From an uncultured Planctomycetia bacterium (GTDB lineage Bacteria > Omnitrophota > Gorgyraeia > 2-01-FULL-45-10 > JAHFGN01), in assembly GCA_964354545.1 (NCBI GenBank), contig CAYHAE010000001.1, positions 65,190 to 129,189 of the forward strand: a DNA stretch of 64,000 nucleotides, written 5' to 3'. Position 1 is the first letter of the stretch; every line of letters starts with the position of its first letter. Of this stretch, positions 27,601 to 36,895 are shown piece by piece. The position numbers and the translations under genes were made by a program. Under the pieces are notes generated by a model that was not told the DNA's origin, did not search any database, and saw only the letters and a program-made list of their open reading frames with translations.

Positions 27601-30600
27601 CGAAAGAGGCGTGCAAGTTCGACGGCTCGACCGTGACCTTCGATGAAGAAGGCGCGCTCCTCTCGTTCAAGGGCCAGATCATCGATGCTTCGTACGCAAG
27701 CATCCTCGGGCCTTGCAAGTCTGTTACGGGGGAAAAAGTCGTTAGGGATGGGCTGACGCGGATCTATGACGCCCGCGGAAAGCTCTCCGCGCTGATGACC
27801 GGCGAAAATACTCACATCGAATATCGCGAGAATGAGATCGTTTCGATCGCGACCGGGGATGGTGTCAAGCGTCTCTACGAAGCTGGTACGCTGACAGAAC
27901 TGATCGATAAGGACGGGGCGACCTTCTCGTTCGACGCGTCTGGAAAGGCAGTGAGGTCGGTAGACCGTTTCGGGAACGTCTACGATTACGCATATGGGTA
28001 CGATCCCGTCGACGGAGAGGAGACGGTGATCATCTTCGAGGAGACCACGGGCCTCAGGCGGTTCTATAAGAGCGGGGTTCTCTACCATACAGAAGACCTT
28101 GCAGGGGTTACCTCTGACAATCTTTATGATGCGGACGGACGGCTCACCGAGGTGCTTATAAAGAATTATGATACCGTGGTCGGCCGATATTCGTACACAT
28201 ATCTTGATAGCGGAAAGACCGGCGTTAGTGATCTCCTCGGCAACACGAGAACCTATGCCTGTGACGGGAGACTGGAAACCTTGGTCGACAAAGATAACAA
28301 TGTCTTCCAATACACCTATCCGGATTCCGTGACGACCCGGTTGGATTGGGTGCCGTACGAGGCGCAACAGGCGCCGGCAGCAGATTTTGTGATCGCGCAG
28401 GAATTCGTGAACGATGCTCTTCGTAAAGTCGTCAGGGCAGATGGAACAGTAACGACCTATCGGGTTGGTGGAGACCTCGATTCTATACAGGAGGGAAGCG
28501 GGAAGACCATCATTCAGTATCTCTACGATGAAGCGGGAGAGCTTGAAGGTGTAGATCTCAGGGGAAGCCGCGAAGACCTATCGCGAGCCGTACAAGATGC
28601 GCGCACTGAGATCGAGGCGGAAAAGAATAATACCATTAAAAAGATTGAGACTCAAAGAGATAGTGCGTTGTCAAATATATTTAACCAATATGTTCCACAA
28701 TTTCTTGCTCTATTCAATCAACTATCTACGCTTTCCGATCAATTGAGTGCATTGACAGGCCATAGTTATGGCATTTTTTTCGAAGTCACCATCGCTCAGC
28801 ATATAGCGGGTTTGGATCCGGCAGATCCAAACATTCCCATAATAAAAAGTCTCGTGCAGCAACTACAGGATGTAAATAATCAGCAACTTGCGCTTCTTGC
28901 GCAGAAGGCTGCAGAGCAAAAACCGATCGAAGACGAGGCGACGCGGCAAATTGCCGAGATAGAGCGTCAGGCAGATCAAGAGGTCGCAAAGATCGATGCC
29001 CAAATTGGGCTACTCTCACTAGATATATCGAGGAGAGAAGGAGCCGCCTTCGTCCTTTACTATCACCGAAAGATACTTGGCAGAGACCTTAGCAGACCAG
29101 AAGCGGATGCCTGGGTATCACAACTGTCGGCAGACAAGCAGAAATTCACCCGTGAGGAGGTCGTAGGAACGATACTCTCTTCGGCAGAATATGCCGACCG
29201 GAAGGCATGGGTTGCGTCTATTAAGAAGTCAGTTCGCCATGCGCTCGAGGGATATCTGTTGATGACAGAGCAGGAAAAGGACACGTTCCTGGTTATGCTC
29301 GGCCTCTCTCGACAGGATGCGGCACGACTCAATCGTTATGATGTCGAAAAGATCCTCTCCTGGATCGATTCTCAGGGACTCCATTTCGGGCAATCGGCAT
29401 TCCTCGCGCTCAAGAACGTACTCGAAGCGAACGGCGTGGTGTGCGATCTTGAGGATCTTGCGATAAATGCCATCCTTATCGATATACTATCCGGCGCGAT
29501 CGATTCGCTCGCAAAGGGCGATCTCGCGCTTTCTATGTTCGCGCTGAGTACCTGTGCAAGAACCAAGGGCGTAGCGCTCTTCAATGCGAAACTCATATGG
29601 GAAGATATTGCCCAGCTTCCGTCGCCCAGGTTCATTGCGCTCGTCGATGGCAATCACTATATCGTCGTCACCGGCGTCGAAGGTGATGAGGTCTATTACA
29701 GGGAAGAGAACAGAGGGCCAGCCGGTACCGACGAGGTGATGACGAAAGACGAATTCATTAAGACGTGGTCGGGATATGCGATTGTAGTACAGGCCAAAGG
29801 TCTTTCTCTTACTGAACCCATCCCGGAACCTATCGCGTCGAAACTGATAACTTCCCAAGAAGCTCGCGCTGTTAAGGGTGCCTGTATAGGTCTCTTTGTT
29901 GCATTCGTCATTTGGGCCGTCTCGGCCGTCCTTACGGTTGTTGCGACTGTCGCATCAGTGATAGCGACAATCGTAACAACTGTGGTGAGTGCAATCGCTG
30001 CGGTTGTGTCGCAGTTCGCGACCGTAATTACCGCGCTTGGTGCGAAGCTTGTAAGTGGTATTTCCACGGCGTTTACAGGGATCGGGCAAATGATAGGCAG
30101 TGTGGCAGGGGCTTCCATTGCGAGCATGGCCACTGCCGCGTTGAAGACGGTGGCGAGCATTGGTTTGAGCTTTGGCATCTCAGCGGGTTTGAAAGCGCTC
30201 GGTGTCAACACAACCATTACAAATCTGACGAGTGCGTTTCTTACGGGAGGGATCCTTGGCCTGATCAATCCTGTTGCAGGTATAAGCATGCTAGGATCGT
30301 TTATGATGGAAGGGATGAAATATGCCACGATTGCCGGCATCAATGAAGCCGGCGTTGCGCTCAGGCTCGACCCGGCCATCACGAACCTCATGGCGATCAC
30401 CTCAGGGGCCCTCGTCGGCGGCGTCTGGCGCGGCAACATTGGACAAACTCTCGTTACCATCGCGCCGAGCGTCGCATCCGAGGCCGCATATATAGGTATG
30501 CAGAGCGTTGGCAACCTCCTCGGCATCGATCCGCGGATATCCTACCTTGCAGGAGTGGGTATTAGAAGCACCCTAAATGCGGGCCTGACCCACGACTTTA

Positions 30601-33068
30601 TGCCAGATGTTATCTGGGGTGGGGTGCAGAGTGGGCTGCTACGGGGGATTACCTCAATAGGCATTAACTATGCTACTCAGGAATTGGGCATAAACCCGTT
30701 TATTGCCAACCTGTCGGCTGCTGCCATGGCAGGTGGCATAGAAGGCCTGTTAGAAGGCAGGAATCCCATAGAAGGCATATTTGACACTTATTTTAGAGCA
30801 GGAATAGGCCTATTGACGCTAGGGGGCGATGGAGGCAATAATCCATGGCTTAGAGCTGCTTATATATCCCAAGTATTAGATTTTAGTCAAATTATACAGG
30901 AAAGGGGTATAGTTAATGCGCTTGATACATATGCAACAGGCTTCTTACACCAACAGACGATTAATGAGATATGGAAGCAAGGAGGCATTGCCGAATTGCT
31001 TACAAAACCCAATCAGATTGAAATAACGACCAATAATAAAGGCGAAGTTGTGAAGCGAATATACACAATGGTGATTAATTCGAATTCCGATAAACTTATA
31101 AGTAACTATATAGACCTGTCACCTACCTACGATATGCTTGTCGGATACAGAGAGGGCAATATTATCACCCATTGTGAATTCGTGATTGGTCCAGATGGCA
31201 GACCTCAATTGAAGAATGGCGAAAAGGAGATTCTTGGTTCAGACGGTTCAAAGAAAGTAGACTATGTTGAAAACTTTAACCTAACAAAGAGAGATATTAT
31301 TGATCCAAGTGGCAATAAGACAGGTTATTATATCCCAGTCGAAGGAACAAACTCCATTATAATTGGAGAAAATGACCAGATAATAAGTGGTAAATTCGTG
31401 TCTTTGGTGAGCAACTATAATATAACATCTAAAGATGGCTCTCTATATGACTATACAGGGTCAGAATTGATAGGTATAGATAGTTATTTTCTTGAAGATT
31501 ATCTTGGATTGGACGAAGACGATGATTTACAGCTTGATGATATCTCGATTAACATCAGTAAATTAGATTTAGGATATGATGTATCAGTAGGGTTAGTTGA
31601 TCCTACCAAGCAAAGCGATTTAGACGCGCTTAGTGCTGTATACAAGGTAGCCTCATTTATAAAAGATACATATTTACCCGCTGGCTTTATTACAAGTGAA
31701 GACCTTAATTTGGATGGATATGGTTATATAGAGCACTCTTATGGTAACAATGTCTATGCTGTTATTGACATAGGGAGTGGCTATAAACCAGTAGAAATGA
31801 ATTATAATGGATTACACTTAATAGGGGATAGAGACAAGGTTGGCATCGGGCAGAGTCTAAATCCAAATGGTTATACGAGCGTTATTAATGGAGAAGTGCG
31901 ATACGATATAGATGCAAATACATATTTAACAGCCAGAATTGATAATGGCTTACCGACATCTATCAAATATAATGGTTCTACCGATATGGTTCAATATGAA
32001 GGTTCATATTTTACAGATGGAACGTTAGATAGTGGTGAGTTATTAATAGCAGGACGGGATGTTATTATAATTCAAGACGGAATTCCTACTTTGAGGTATA
32101 ATGTAAACAATCCGAGCGGTTCGCTTACAAGTATTGACTGCGAGGGGTTAATATCGCTTTTTACAAATATACAAATACAGAAAGGTCAGGTTAGCTTACC
32201 CGGTATTTACAACGCTCTTATGAATTCACCGGAAGCAGATTTTACAGCATATGCAAATGAAATATTTAATGCTCGAAACCTGTTAAGCTCAGATGGCATG
32301 CTTTCGTATAATGAGGCAATAGCTATTTATTGTAATAGCGAAAATGCCATGAATGCCGAAGAGTTTCTGAATATATCTAAATTATATTATACATTGAGAG
32401 ACCCAGTAGCCGTTTACCTAAATCAATTCTTCCATCAAGTAACTGATGAAGTCAGAACAAAATTTGACGATTCTTATGCACAACTATCCGGATATAACTC
32501 TTTAGATGGCTTCTCTTATATTATGGAGAGCGGTTCCAAAACAGCGGGCATAGGTCAAATTAACAAAGACGGCCTAAGGGTTTATTCTATTATAGGAGTA
32601 AGTGCAAATATGAGCGAAAAGATATTCAACCCCTATGTGAAATTTTTTGTTAATTTTACAACAAATAATGAAGTAACCGATATGCTTCAACCTTTAGTCG
32701 ATTATAAAACTATACCCGGTATAAATCACGCTTATCAGCCCGAAGATATTTTCCGCAATCCAACAAGTGATAAGCAGGTGTGGAATGTCGAATTTGATGA
32801 CATTGAAGTTAATTCTACATTATCACCAGTAAAGGATTATATGCATGTTGACTATGCACGAAATACAGACCATCCTTATCATGAGATTTTTGTTGCATTA
32901 TCAGCGGCTGCTGAAATTGCAGTGTATGATGGCGGAGAAACATTCAAGTCAATTATTATGAAAGCAAAAGGATTTACCGATGGCAGCTCTCTAAATCAAT
33001 ATCTTCAACAGAATGGTAGGAAAATAGACATAGGTATCGATGACAATGATAGATGGAAGCAGAATTAG
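24678..33068 (+). CDS. Giant secreted protein (~2796 aa): signal peptide, YD-like repeats, coiled coils, two lectin-like modules, DUF4214-like helices, C39-like domain, hydrophobic region, AT-rich C-terminus
   Basis: ATG 24678 after gagg; YDxxGRL-type repeats; ILGR...W...TREEV...ILSSAEY; NHYIVVTGV...F.KTWSGYAIV. Confidence 0.85.
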   Translation: MDRMRFFPLTKIISIALVFTLLNQQILFAADYSYGIPVENEKNRSGFMSVDELDKAQRRQEELIARLQASLDSKLSGGVGDESEWTLQRKSGTSSEGQDSAVTPSAQDQTVPLEVSQAEITVTTAAGDHIAYSGGAIARIEQPNGTIIEDVVLTPTGELERGLIRFVDGGVLTIEGGRACSYLGPDGTATHYRQDGLVDSEVTPDGLVSYYSYLFDDAGSIARTTITRPEEIIEYDESGRLSKVTKLDGTEIGYENGIISQMTKGDGSKYVFGRILNGPDIEVKIVTYFNNSGYRVDFDSVYNVVSVTSPSGSFTKYGHDRTPLYTRKDNALIAYDNTGQIAYAICGVTGFDGTYRQGQDGYIAVPLATIDELARAIEDLDSAARALADAEDACAKRQLELTEAMQFSAQTFQAYQEADTSAQQAETARRAAEAALMSTLVDVETQFAYGDDVTEIEDQKVVLREQFGIFNTTLWYRTSSAYAQCTSGRLFLCGTGTDTRAHVHYQKTFGEYTFARMGFDFKVDSLTGSFKAGLQSASSSTSFGNSLQTACIEVREGKICIDIVQGQLENQPTAVLLPKVNTDYSCLFELKNGYLNIYVWEKEEVRPAEALYSFRTQNWPGLRPFFEVRSGCAWVGNVMLHAPLDDRIYDVKSQLAGRMSYHDDYATRYEYRQAGTSTLTDLDTFNRLTRLWESGSSVTSGRANVSLSGLRMRSYLPRTIDQTYSFDFALGTVYSNARAGLEGKEATGNGYLRFVVQSGRLSVVTVCNDHEKTVAVSPEQFLPLQQYTAQFEVKAGAIDVYVWRKGDDRPAIPLYSFTDPSWSALRFYAKTDSGRFVIDEFSRTQTCGATGQEADTVVAHLRDMFDAERSAIVNREDARGRYEAALTQEGQAKDALTIAENGHASALTQEEQALHALEGINGALNVPRVIPDQPLFYETCDRVIQDMPAVVLYINENFASEAGISYVTYWQNGLPKEACKFDGSTVTFDEEGALLSFKGQIIDASYASILGPCKSVTGEKVVRDGLTRIYDARGKLSALMTGENTHIEYRENEIVSIATGDGVKRLYEAGTLTELIDKDGATFSFDASGKAVRSVDRFGNVYDYAYGYDPVDGEETVIIFEETTGLRRFYKSGVLYHTEDLAGVTSDNLYDADGRLTEVLIKNYDTVVGRYSYTYLDSGKTGVSDLLGNTRTYACDGRLETLVDKDNNVFQYTYPDSVTTRLDWVPYEAQQAPAADFVIAQEFVNDALRKVVRADGTVTTYRVGGDLDSIQEGSGKTIIQYLYDEAGELEGVDLRGSREDLSRAVQDARTEIEAEKNNTIKKIETQRDSALSNIFNQYVPQFLALFNQLSTLSDQLSALTGHSYGIFFEVTIAQHIAGLDPADPNIPIIKSLVQQLQDVNNQQLALLAQKAAEQKPIEDEATRQIAEIERQADQEVAKIDAQIGLLSLDISRREGAAFVLYYHRKILGRDLSRPEADAWVSQLSADKQKFTREEVVGTILSSAEYADRKAWVASIKKSVRHALEGYLLMTEQEKDTFLVMLGLSRQDAARLNRYDVEKILSWIDSQGLHFGQSAFLALKNVLEANGVVCDLEDLAINAILIDILSGAIDSLAKGDLALSMFALSTCARTKGVALFNAKLIWEDIAQLPSPRFIALVDGNHYIVVTGVEGDEVYYREENRGPAGTDEVMTKDEFIKTWSGYAIVVQAKGLSLTEPIPEPIASKLITSQEARAVKGACIGLFVAFVIWAVSAVLTVVATVASVIATIVTTVVSAIAAVVSQFATVITALGAKLVSGISTAFTGIGQMIGSVAGASIASMATAALKTVASIGLSFGISAGLKALGVNTTITNLTSAFLTGGILGLINPVAGISMLGSFMMEGMKYATIAGINEAGVALRLDPAITNLMAITSGALVGGVWRGNIGQTLVTIAPSVASEAAYIGMQSVGNLLGIDPRISYLAGVGIRSTLNAGLTHDFMPDVIWGGVQSGLLRGITSIGINYATQELGINPFIANLSAAAMAGGIEGLLEGRNPIEGIFDTYFRAGIGLLTLGGDGGNNPWLRAAYISQVLDFSQIIQERGIVNALDTYATGFLHQQTINEIWKQGGIAELLTKPNQIEITTNNKGEVVKRIYTMVINSNSDKLISNYIDLSPTYDMLVGYREGNIITHCEFVIGPDGRPQLKNGEKEILGSDGSKKVDYVENFNLTKRDIIDPSGNKTGYYIPVEGTNSIIIGENDQIISGKFVSLVSNYNITSKDGSLYDYTGSELIGIDSYFLEDYLGLDEDDDLQLDDISINISKLDLGYDVSVGLVDPTKQSDLDALSAVYKVASFIKDTYLPAGFITSEDLNLDGYGYIEHSYGNNVYAVIDIGSGYKPVEMNYNGLHLIGDRDKVGIGQSLNPNGYTSVINGEVRYDIDANTYLTARIDNGLPTSIKYNGSTDMVQYEGSYFTDGTLDSGELLIAGRDVIIIQDGIPTLRYNVNNPSGSLTSIDCEGLISLFTNIQIQKGQVSLPGIYNALMNSPEADFTAYANEIFNARNLLSSDGMLSYNEAIAIYCNSENAMNAEEFLNISKLYYTLRDPVAVYLNQFFHQVTDEVRTKFDDSYAQLSGYNSLDGFSYIMESGSKTAGIGQINKDGLRVYSIIGVSANMSEKIFNPYVKFFVNFTTNNEVTDMLQPLVDYKTIPGINHAYQPEDIFRNPTSDKQVWNVEFDDIEVNSTLSPVKDYMHVDYARNTDHPYHEIFVALSAAAEIAVYDGGETFKSIIMKAKGFTDGSSLNQYLQQNGRKIDIGIDDNDRWKQN

Positions 33069-33083
33069 TAAAATGAGGACAAA

Positions 33084-33674
33084 ATGAAAAATAAAATATT
33101 GTTAATTTTGGCAATACTTTTAGCAATAATTATCATAGCAGGATTTATGATATTTGAGTTTTTACCAAAGACTTATTGGTCACCGTCATGGCAATATGGC
33201 CTACGTGAGCAAAAAAAGCATCAAGTGACAGAGGAGTTTATCAACTTATCCACGGACGAGCTGATAAAACAAATCGATTTAAATAAAGATCGGAAACAAT
33301 ATAAAGGTGAAAAAGGAACTTTTAAATCTATAAAATATGAGGTTAGCATTAGTTTATTAGGCTCAAGAACCGATGAAAAAGCTTTATCGAAGCTCAAAGA
33401 AATTATTCTAACCTTTCCTGAAGGTCAAAAGTGGACTGCAATTTCTGCTATTCGTAAGAGCAAAAATAAAGCCATGATTCCAGTTCTTTGTGAGGCACTT
33501 AAAAAGCACACGTTGCATCATACTGACGACCTTATAGTTAAAGCCCTTGTAGATATTGATGACTCAGTTGCACTTGATTGTCTTATTCAAGAAAAAGACA
33601 AGCTTTCATATAGAACCTCTCGTGAGCTAGCAGGAAAAGCCATTGAAAAATGGAGCCACGAGAAAGCTCAATGA
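33084..33674 (+). CDS. Membrane-anchored HEAT-repeat-like protein, candidate immunity protein
   Basis: N-terminal TM; AISAI....AMIPVLCEAL and ALVDI.D..ALDCL repeats; 15 bp downstream of the giant gene. Confidence 0.6.
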   Translation: MKNKILLILAILLAIIIIAGFMIFEFLPKTYWSPSWQYGLREQKKHQVTEEFINLSTDELIKQIDLNKDRKQYKGEKGTFKSIKYEVSISLLGSRTDEKALSKLKEIILTFPEGQKWTAISAIRKSKNKAMIPVLCEALKKHTLHHTDDLIVKALVDIDDSVALDCLIQEKDKLSYRTSRELAGKAIEKWSHEKAQ

Positions 33675-33679
33675 GAAAT

Positions 33680-33800
33680 CTCCGGGACGGTTACAAAATC
33701 TATCCCTGCCTGCCGGTAGGCAGGCCAGACGCGCCCTAAATTCCATCCCAGACCCATCCCCGAATTTCATCCTATATAGAACCTCCAGGGCGTTTACAAA
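33680..33800 (+). repeat. Cassette-boundary element R1 (with 20-bp palindrome inserted at 33705-33724)
   Basis: ctccgggacg.ttacaaaat...cagacgcgccctaaattccatcccagacccatccccgaatttcatcctatatagaacc. Confidence 0.85.
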
Positions 33801-33965
33801 TTCTACAAAATGTAAGGAAGAGAGATTAGAGAGATGTTAAACTAGGCAACCCAGGAGGTGGGTTGCTTTTATAATTGGTGAAGTCAAATATGAAGATATC
33901 GATTTTATGAAGTAAAAGATGAGAATAGATTGGATGCCAGAAGATATTTTGAGGGTCCTAGAGGG

Positions 33966-34274
33966 TTACTTTTTTCCCTCTCGTGTAAGCCTAAATTCCA
34001 TCGACTTTCTTGCTTCAAAATAGATTTTCGAAATTAACTTATGCCGCTCTTCCACTTCACTTTTGTCCGCGGTAAGCCGACTCAGCTTCTTCAATAGGTC
34101 ACTCTTTTCAAAATCGGGCTTGTTTCTAGGGAATAACCTGGAGTTCGTATCTATCGTTTCAATGCAGATCATCAATCGTAATACCTCAGAGAAGCTTAAA
34201 TCGTACTTTTCTCCAAGGAACTTTATATAATCACTGATCCAGTCCTCAAGAAGCACTTGCTGCCTTTTAAGCAC
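33966..34274 (-). CDS. Hypothetical protein, possible ribbon-helix-helix-like DNA binder
   Basis: GTG start after ggagg; KRQQVLL.DW...YDLSFSEVLR. Confidence 0.65.
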   Translation of the reverse strand: MLKRQQVLLEDWISDYIKFLGEKYDLSFSEVLRLMICIETIDTNSRLFPRNKPDFEKSDLLKKLSRLTADKSEVEERHKLISKIYFEARKSMEFRLTREGKK

Positions 34275-34615
34275 AATACCCTCCTTGCTAGTATCATAAT
34301 GATATCAGAAAGCGTTTAACGGCACAATAACAAAATGGCTCATTTATTACACATATTTACTACACACTTTTATTGTTGACAAATAGGTGAATAAATATTA
34401 GGCTATTTATTGTCGGAAGAATCCCATTAGAGAAGATGTTTGATATTAATCAAAAATTATTTAATAACGAGATTAAATATATCTCAATGAGATCTGGAAA
34501 TGAATAAAGTAATTCGCAATAAGATGCTGTGGATTGTGTATTTTTTAGTAGCCCCCGTAATTGCGTTCATATCATTTATAGTTTCAAGAAAAGATTTATG
34601 AAAGGGAGGTATCGT

Positions 34616-35230
34616 ATGCGTAAACTTATAACATGTGGTTTAATTGTTTTGTTTTGTACCTCTATTACAGGTTGCGCTACTATTATGACTGGAACAACAC
34701 AAAAAATACCAGTCTCATCCAATCCGTCTGGCGCTAATCTGCAGGTGGATGGACAGAGTACATATACAACTCCCGTTACGGTGGTTTTGGAAAGAAAAAG
34801 AGACCATATTCTGGTATTTACAAAAGAGGGATACAATCAAGCGACGATAACGATTCTTCATGTCTTAAGCGGAGCAGTGTGCGGAAATATTTTATTAGGT
34901 GGTTTAATTGGATTTGGTGTTGATGCATGCACTGGTGCAATGAATAAATTAGTACCTGAGAATGTTCAGGTTGAACTGCAGAAAGCAGCTCCGGGCGCAT
35001 CTGCCCCAGTCGCAATCAAGGAATTAACCCCCGAAGATAAAATTAACCAGTTAAAAAATATGTACGACAAAGGCATGTTGACTAAAGAGGAATATGAAGC
35101 AAATAAGAAAGTTATATTATATCAAATGTCACAACAGGGAGTACTCGAAGCTCAAGGTGCTGCGGTCACCCAAAATAAACAAGAAAACATAAGTACCCAA
35201 GCGCCGCAGGGTGACTTGGGCACTAAATAA
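34616..35230 (+). CDS. PEGA-like/SHOCT domain lipoprotein
   Basis: Lipobox-like ITGC; SSNPSGA..VDG..TTP; LKNMYDKGMLTKEEYE (SHOCT). Confidence 0.8.
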   Translation: MRKLITCGLIVLFCTSITGCATIMTGTTQKIPVSSNPSGANLQVDGQSTYTTPVTVVLERKRDHILVFTKEGYNQATITILHVLSGAVCGNILLGGLIGFGVDACTGAMNKLVPENVQVELQKAAPGASAPVAIKELTPEDKINQLKNMYDKGMLTKEEYEANKKVILYQMSQQGVLEAQGAAVTQNKQENISTQAPQGDLGTK

Positions 35231-35236
35231 TTACGA

Positions 35237-35325
35237 GAACCTCAGGGACGTTTACAAAATCCATCCCAGACGCGGTCCTAAATTCCATCCCAGCCCCATC
35301 CCCGAATTTCATCCTATATAGAACC
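35237..35325 (+). repeat. Cassette-boundary element R2
   Basis: Closely similar to R1; starts within 10 bp of the stop codon. Confidence 0.9.
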
Positions 35326-35386
35326 ACCTCCTTTCATTATATAAGACGTACGAGGAGCAGGAATTCTTGCAAAAAAAGTATCAAAA

Positions 35387-35496
35387 GGGACAGGTCTGAG
35401 ATAAAATATGAATACAGGTCTGAGATGAGAAATAGGGATAGGGCTAAGATGAAAAATGATAACAAGTTTAATCTCAAAAATGAAAACGTTCCACAG
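35387..35496 (-). repeat. Cassette-boundary element L1 (inverted orientation)
   Basis: acaggtctgagat units, tagggatagggctaagat, aaaaatgaaaacgttcc: reverse-complement-like versions of R units. Confidence 0.7.
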
Positions 35497-35531
35497 TTAC
35501 GTTTTCCTATTAATAGTTATGGAAGTATAAT

Positions 35532-36371
35532 ATGCCATTAGTTAGAATACCCAATTCAGAGTCAGATATTCTTACCGCAATTTCTCCAATTCTCGTGTGG
35601 AACGATGATAAAAATCCTCGCATTGTTGGTACAGCAGTTTTGTTAGGGCCTGGATTAGCTTTATCAGTACTGCATGTTATTCAGGATTTTGTTCCTAAAA
35701 ATAAGTGTACAGATGAGATAAATGCTAACGTTGCTATATTCCAAGCCTCATCAGGGGCAGCATGGTATATCAGGAGAGTTTGGGCCACAAGCCATACTGA
35801 TGCTGCTTTCTTGGGTCTTGAGCCTAAAAATGATGCAGCTAAAAATTATAAATGGCACCGCTTTGGAATAAATCTCCATTTACCAAAACCCGGAGAGAAG
35901 ATTTTTGCTGCTGGTTTTCCTTGTTCTAAAATCAACGGTGTTGATGAGGGGCTTACTCAAAAAGGAATAACTGCTATAAAGGTCAATTTAAATCTTCAAA
36001 CTGTAAGTGGAATCGTACAGGAATCACATGGTTCCAAGCACGAAGGCCATTTAGATTTTCCTTGCTTCCAGTGTAATGCAAAATTTGATCCACAAATGAG
36101 TGGAGGGCCAGTTCTGGATGAGAGCGGATATTTGCGCGGCCTTGTATGCACAGGATTTGATTTTGCTGACGCAGGTGAGCCTGTTTCCTTTGCCGCAGGC
36201 ATTATGCCTACTATGGCGATTAAGATTGATAGGTCTTTGCCAAGCCTTGACAAAACTCAGGAATATTATGTTCTTGAATTGGCAAAGAATGGTTTTTTAC
36301 CTGTAATCGGTTATGAAAGAGTTAAAATAACAGAGCTTAAAAATGGGAGGACTAGAATCGAATTGAGGTAA
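35532..36371 (+). CDS. Trypsin-like serine protease
   Basis: SVLHVI (His), TDAAFL (Asp), QMSGGPVLD (Ser). Confidence 0.8.
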   Translation: MPLVRIPNSESDILTAISPILVWNDDKNPRIVGTAVLLGPGLALSVLHVIQDFVPKNKCTDEINANVAIFQASSGAAWYIRRVWATSHTDAAFLGLEPKNDAAKNYKWHRFGINLHLPKPGEKIFAAGFPCSKINGVDEGLTQKGITAIKVNLNLQTVSGIVQESHGSKHEGHLDFPCFQCNAKFDPQMSGGPVLDESGYLRGLVCTGFDFADAGEPVSFAAGIMPTMAIKIDRSLPSLDKTQEYYVLELAKNGFLPVIGYERVKITELKNGRTRIELR

Positions 36372-36374
36372 TAG

Positions 36375-36464
36375 CCTCCGGGACGCTTACATAATCCATC
36401 CCAGACGCGTCCCTAAATTTTATCCCACAGGTCCTGAGATGAAAAATAGGGATGGGGCTAAGAT
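36375..36464. repeat. Back-to-back cassette-boundary elements R3 (36375-36426) and L2 (36427-36464)
   Basis: cctccgggacgcttacataatccatcccagacgcg then acaggtcctgagatgaaaaatagggatggggctaagat. Confidence 0.85.
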
Positions 36465-36487
36465 CATTGTTTTATAGAGGAGGTGCA

Positions 36488-36895
36488 GTGGAGAAGCAAA
36501 AGTCTGTTGGGATAACAATTCTCGGATGGCTCGGTTTCTTGCTAGCCATAGTGAATCTCGCAATTTATATATTTCTTCTTCTTGTTATGGGTATTAGATG
36601 GCAAATAGAAGTGGTTGCCAGATTTCTAAGAGGTAACCCACAGGCGTTAAGTTTAATCTGGACTAATTATTCGCCGTTAGTATTAGGTTTTTTACTAATT
36701 TATATCGGTAGATTCTTATTAAAGAAAGCCAACCTAATATTCATAAAAAATGTAACGGTCACCTACCTTGTGTTAAGCGTTGTCTTTCTATTTATCAATA
36801 TCTCCTCTCTCCTTATGGCTTTCTATAACTTAGCATATTTTGTCTTGCTGTTAATCGTAATAGATCGCCCAAAATTCAAGGAGCAGTTTAAATGA
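36488..36895 (+). CDS. Four-TM membrane protein
   Basis: GTG after ggagg; hydrophobic helices. Confidence 0.7.
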   Translation: MEKQKSVGITILGWLGFLLAIVNLAIYIFLLLVMGIRWQIEVVARFLRGNPQALSLIWTNYSPLVLGFLLIYIGRFLLKKANLIFIKNVTVTYLVLSVVFLFINISSLLMAFYNLAYFVLLLIVIDRPKFKEQFK

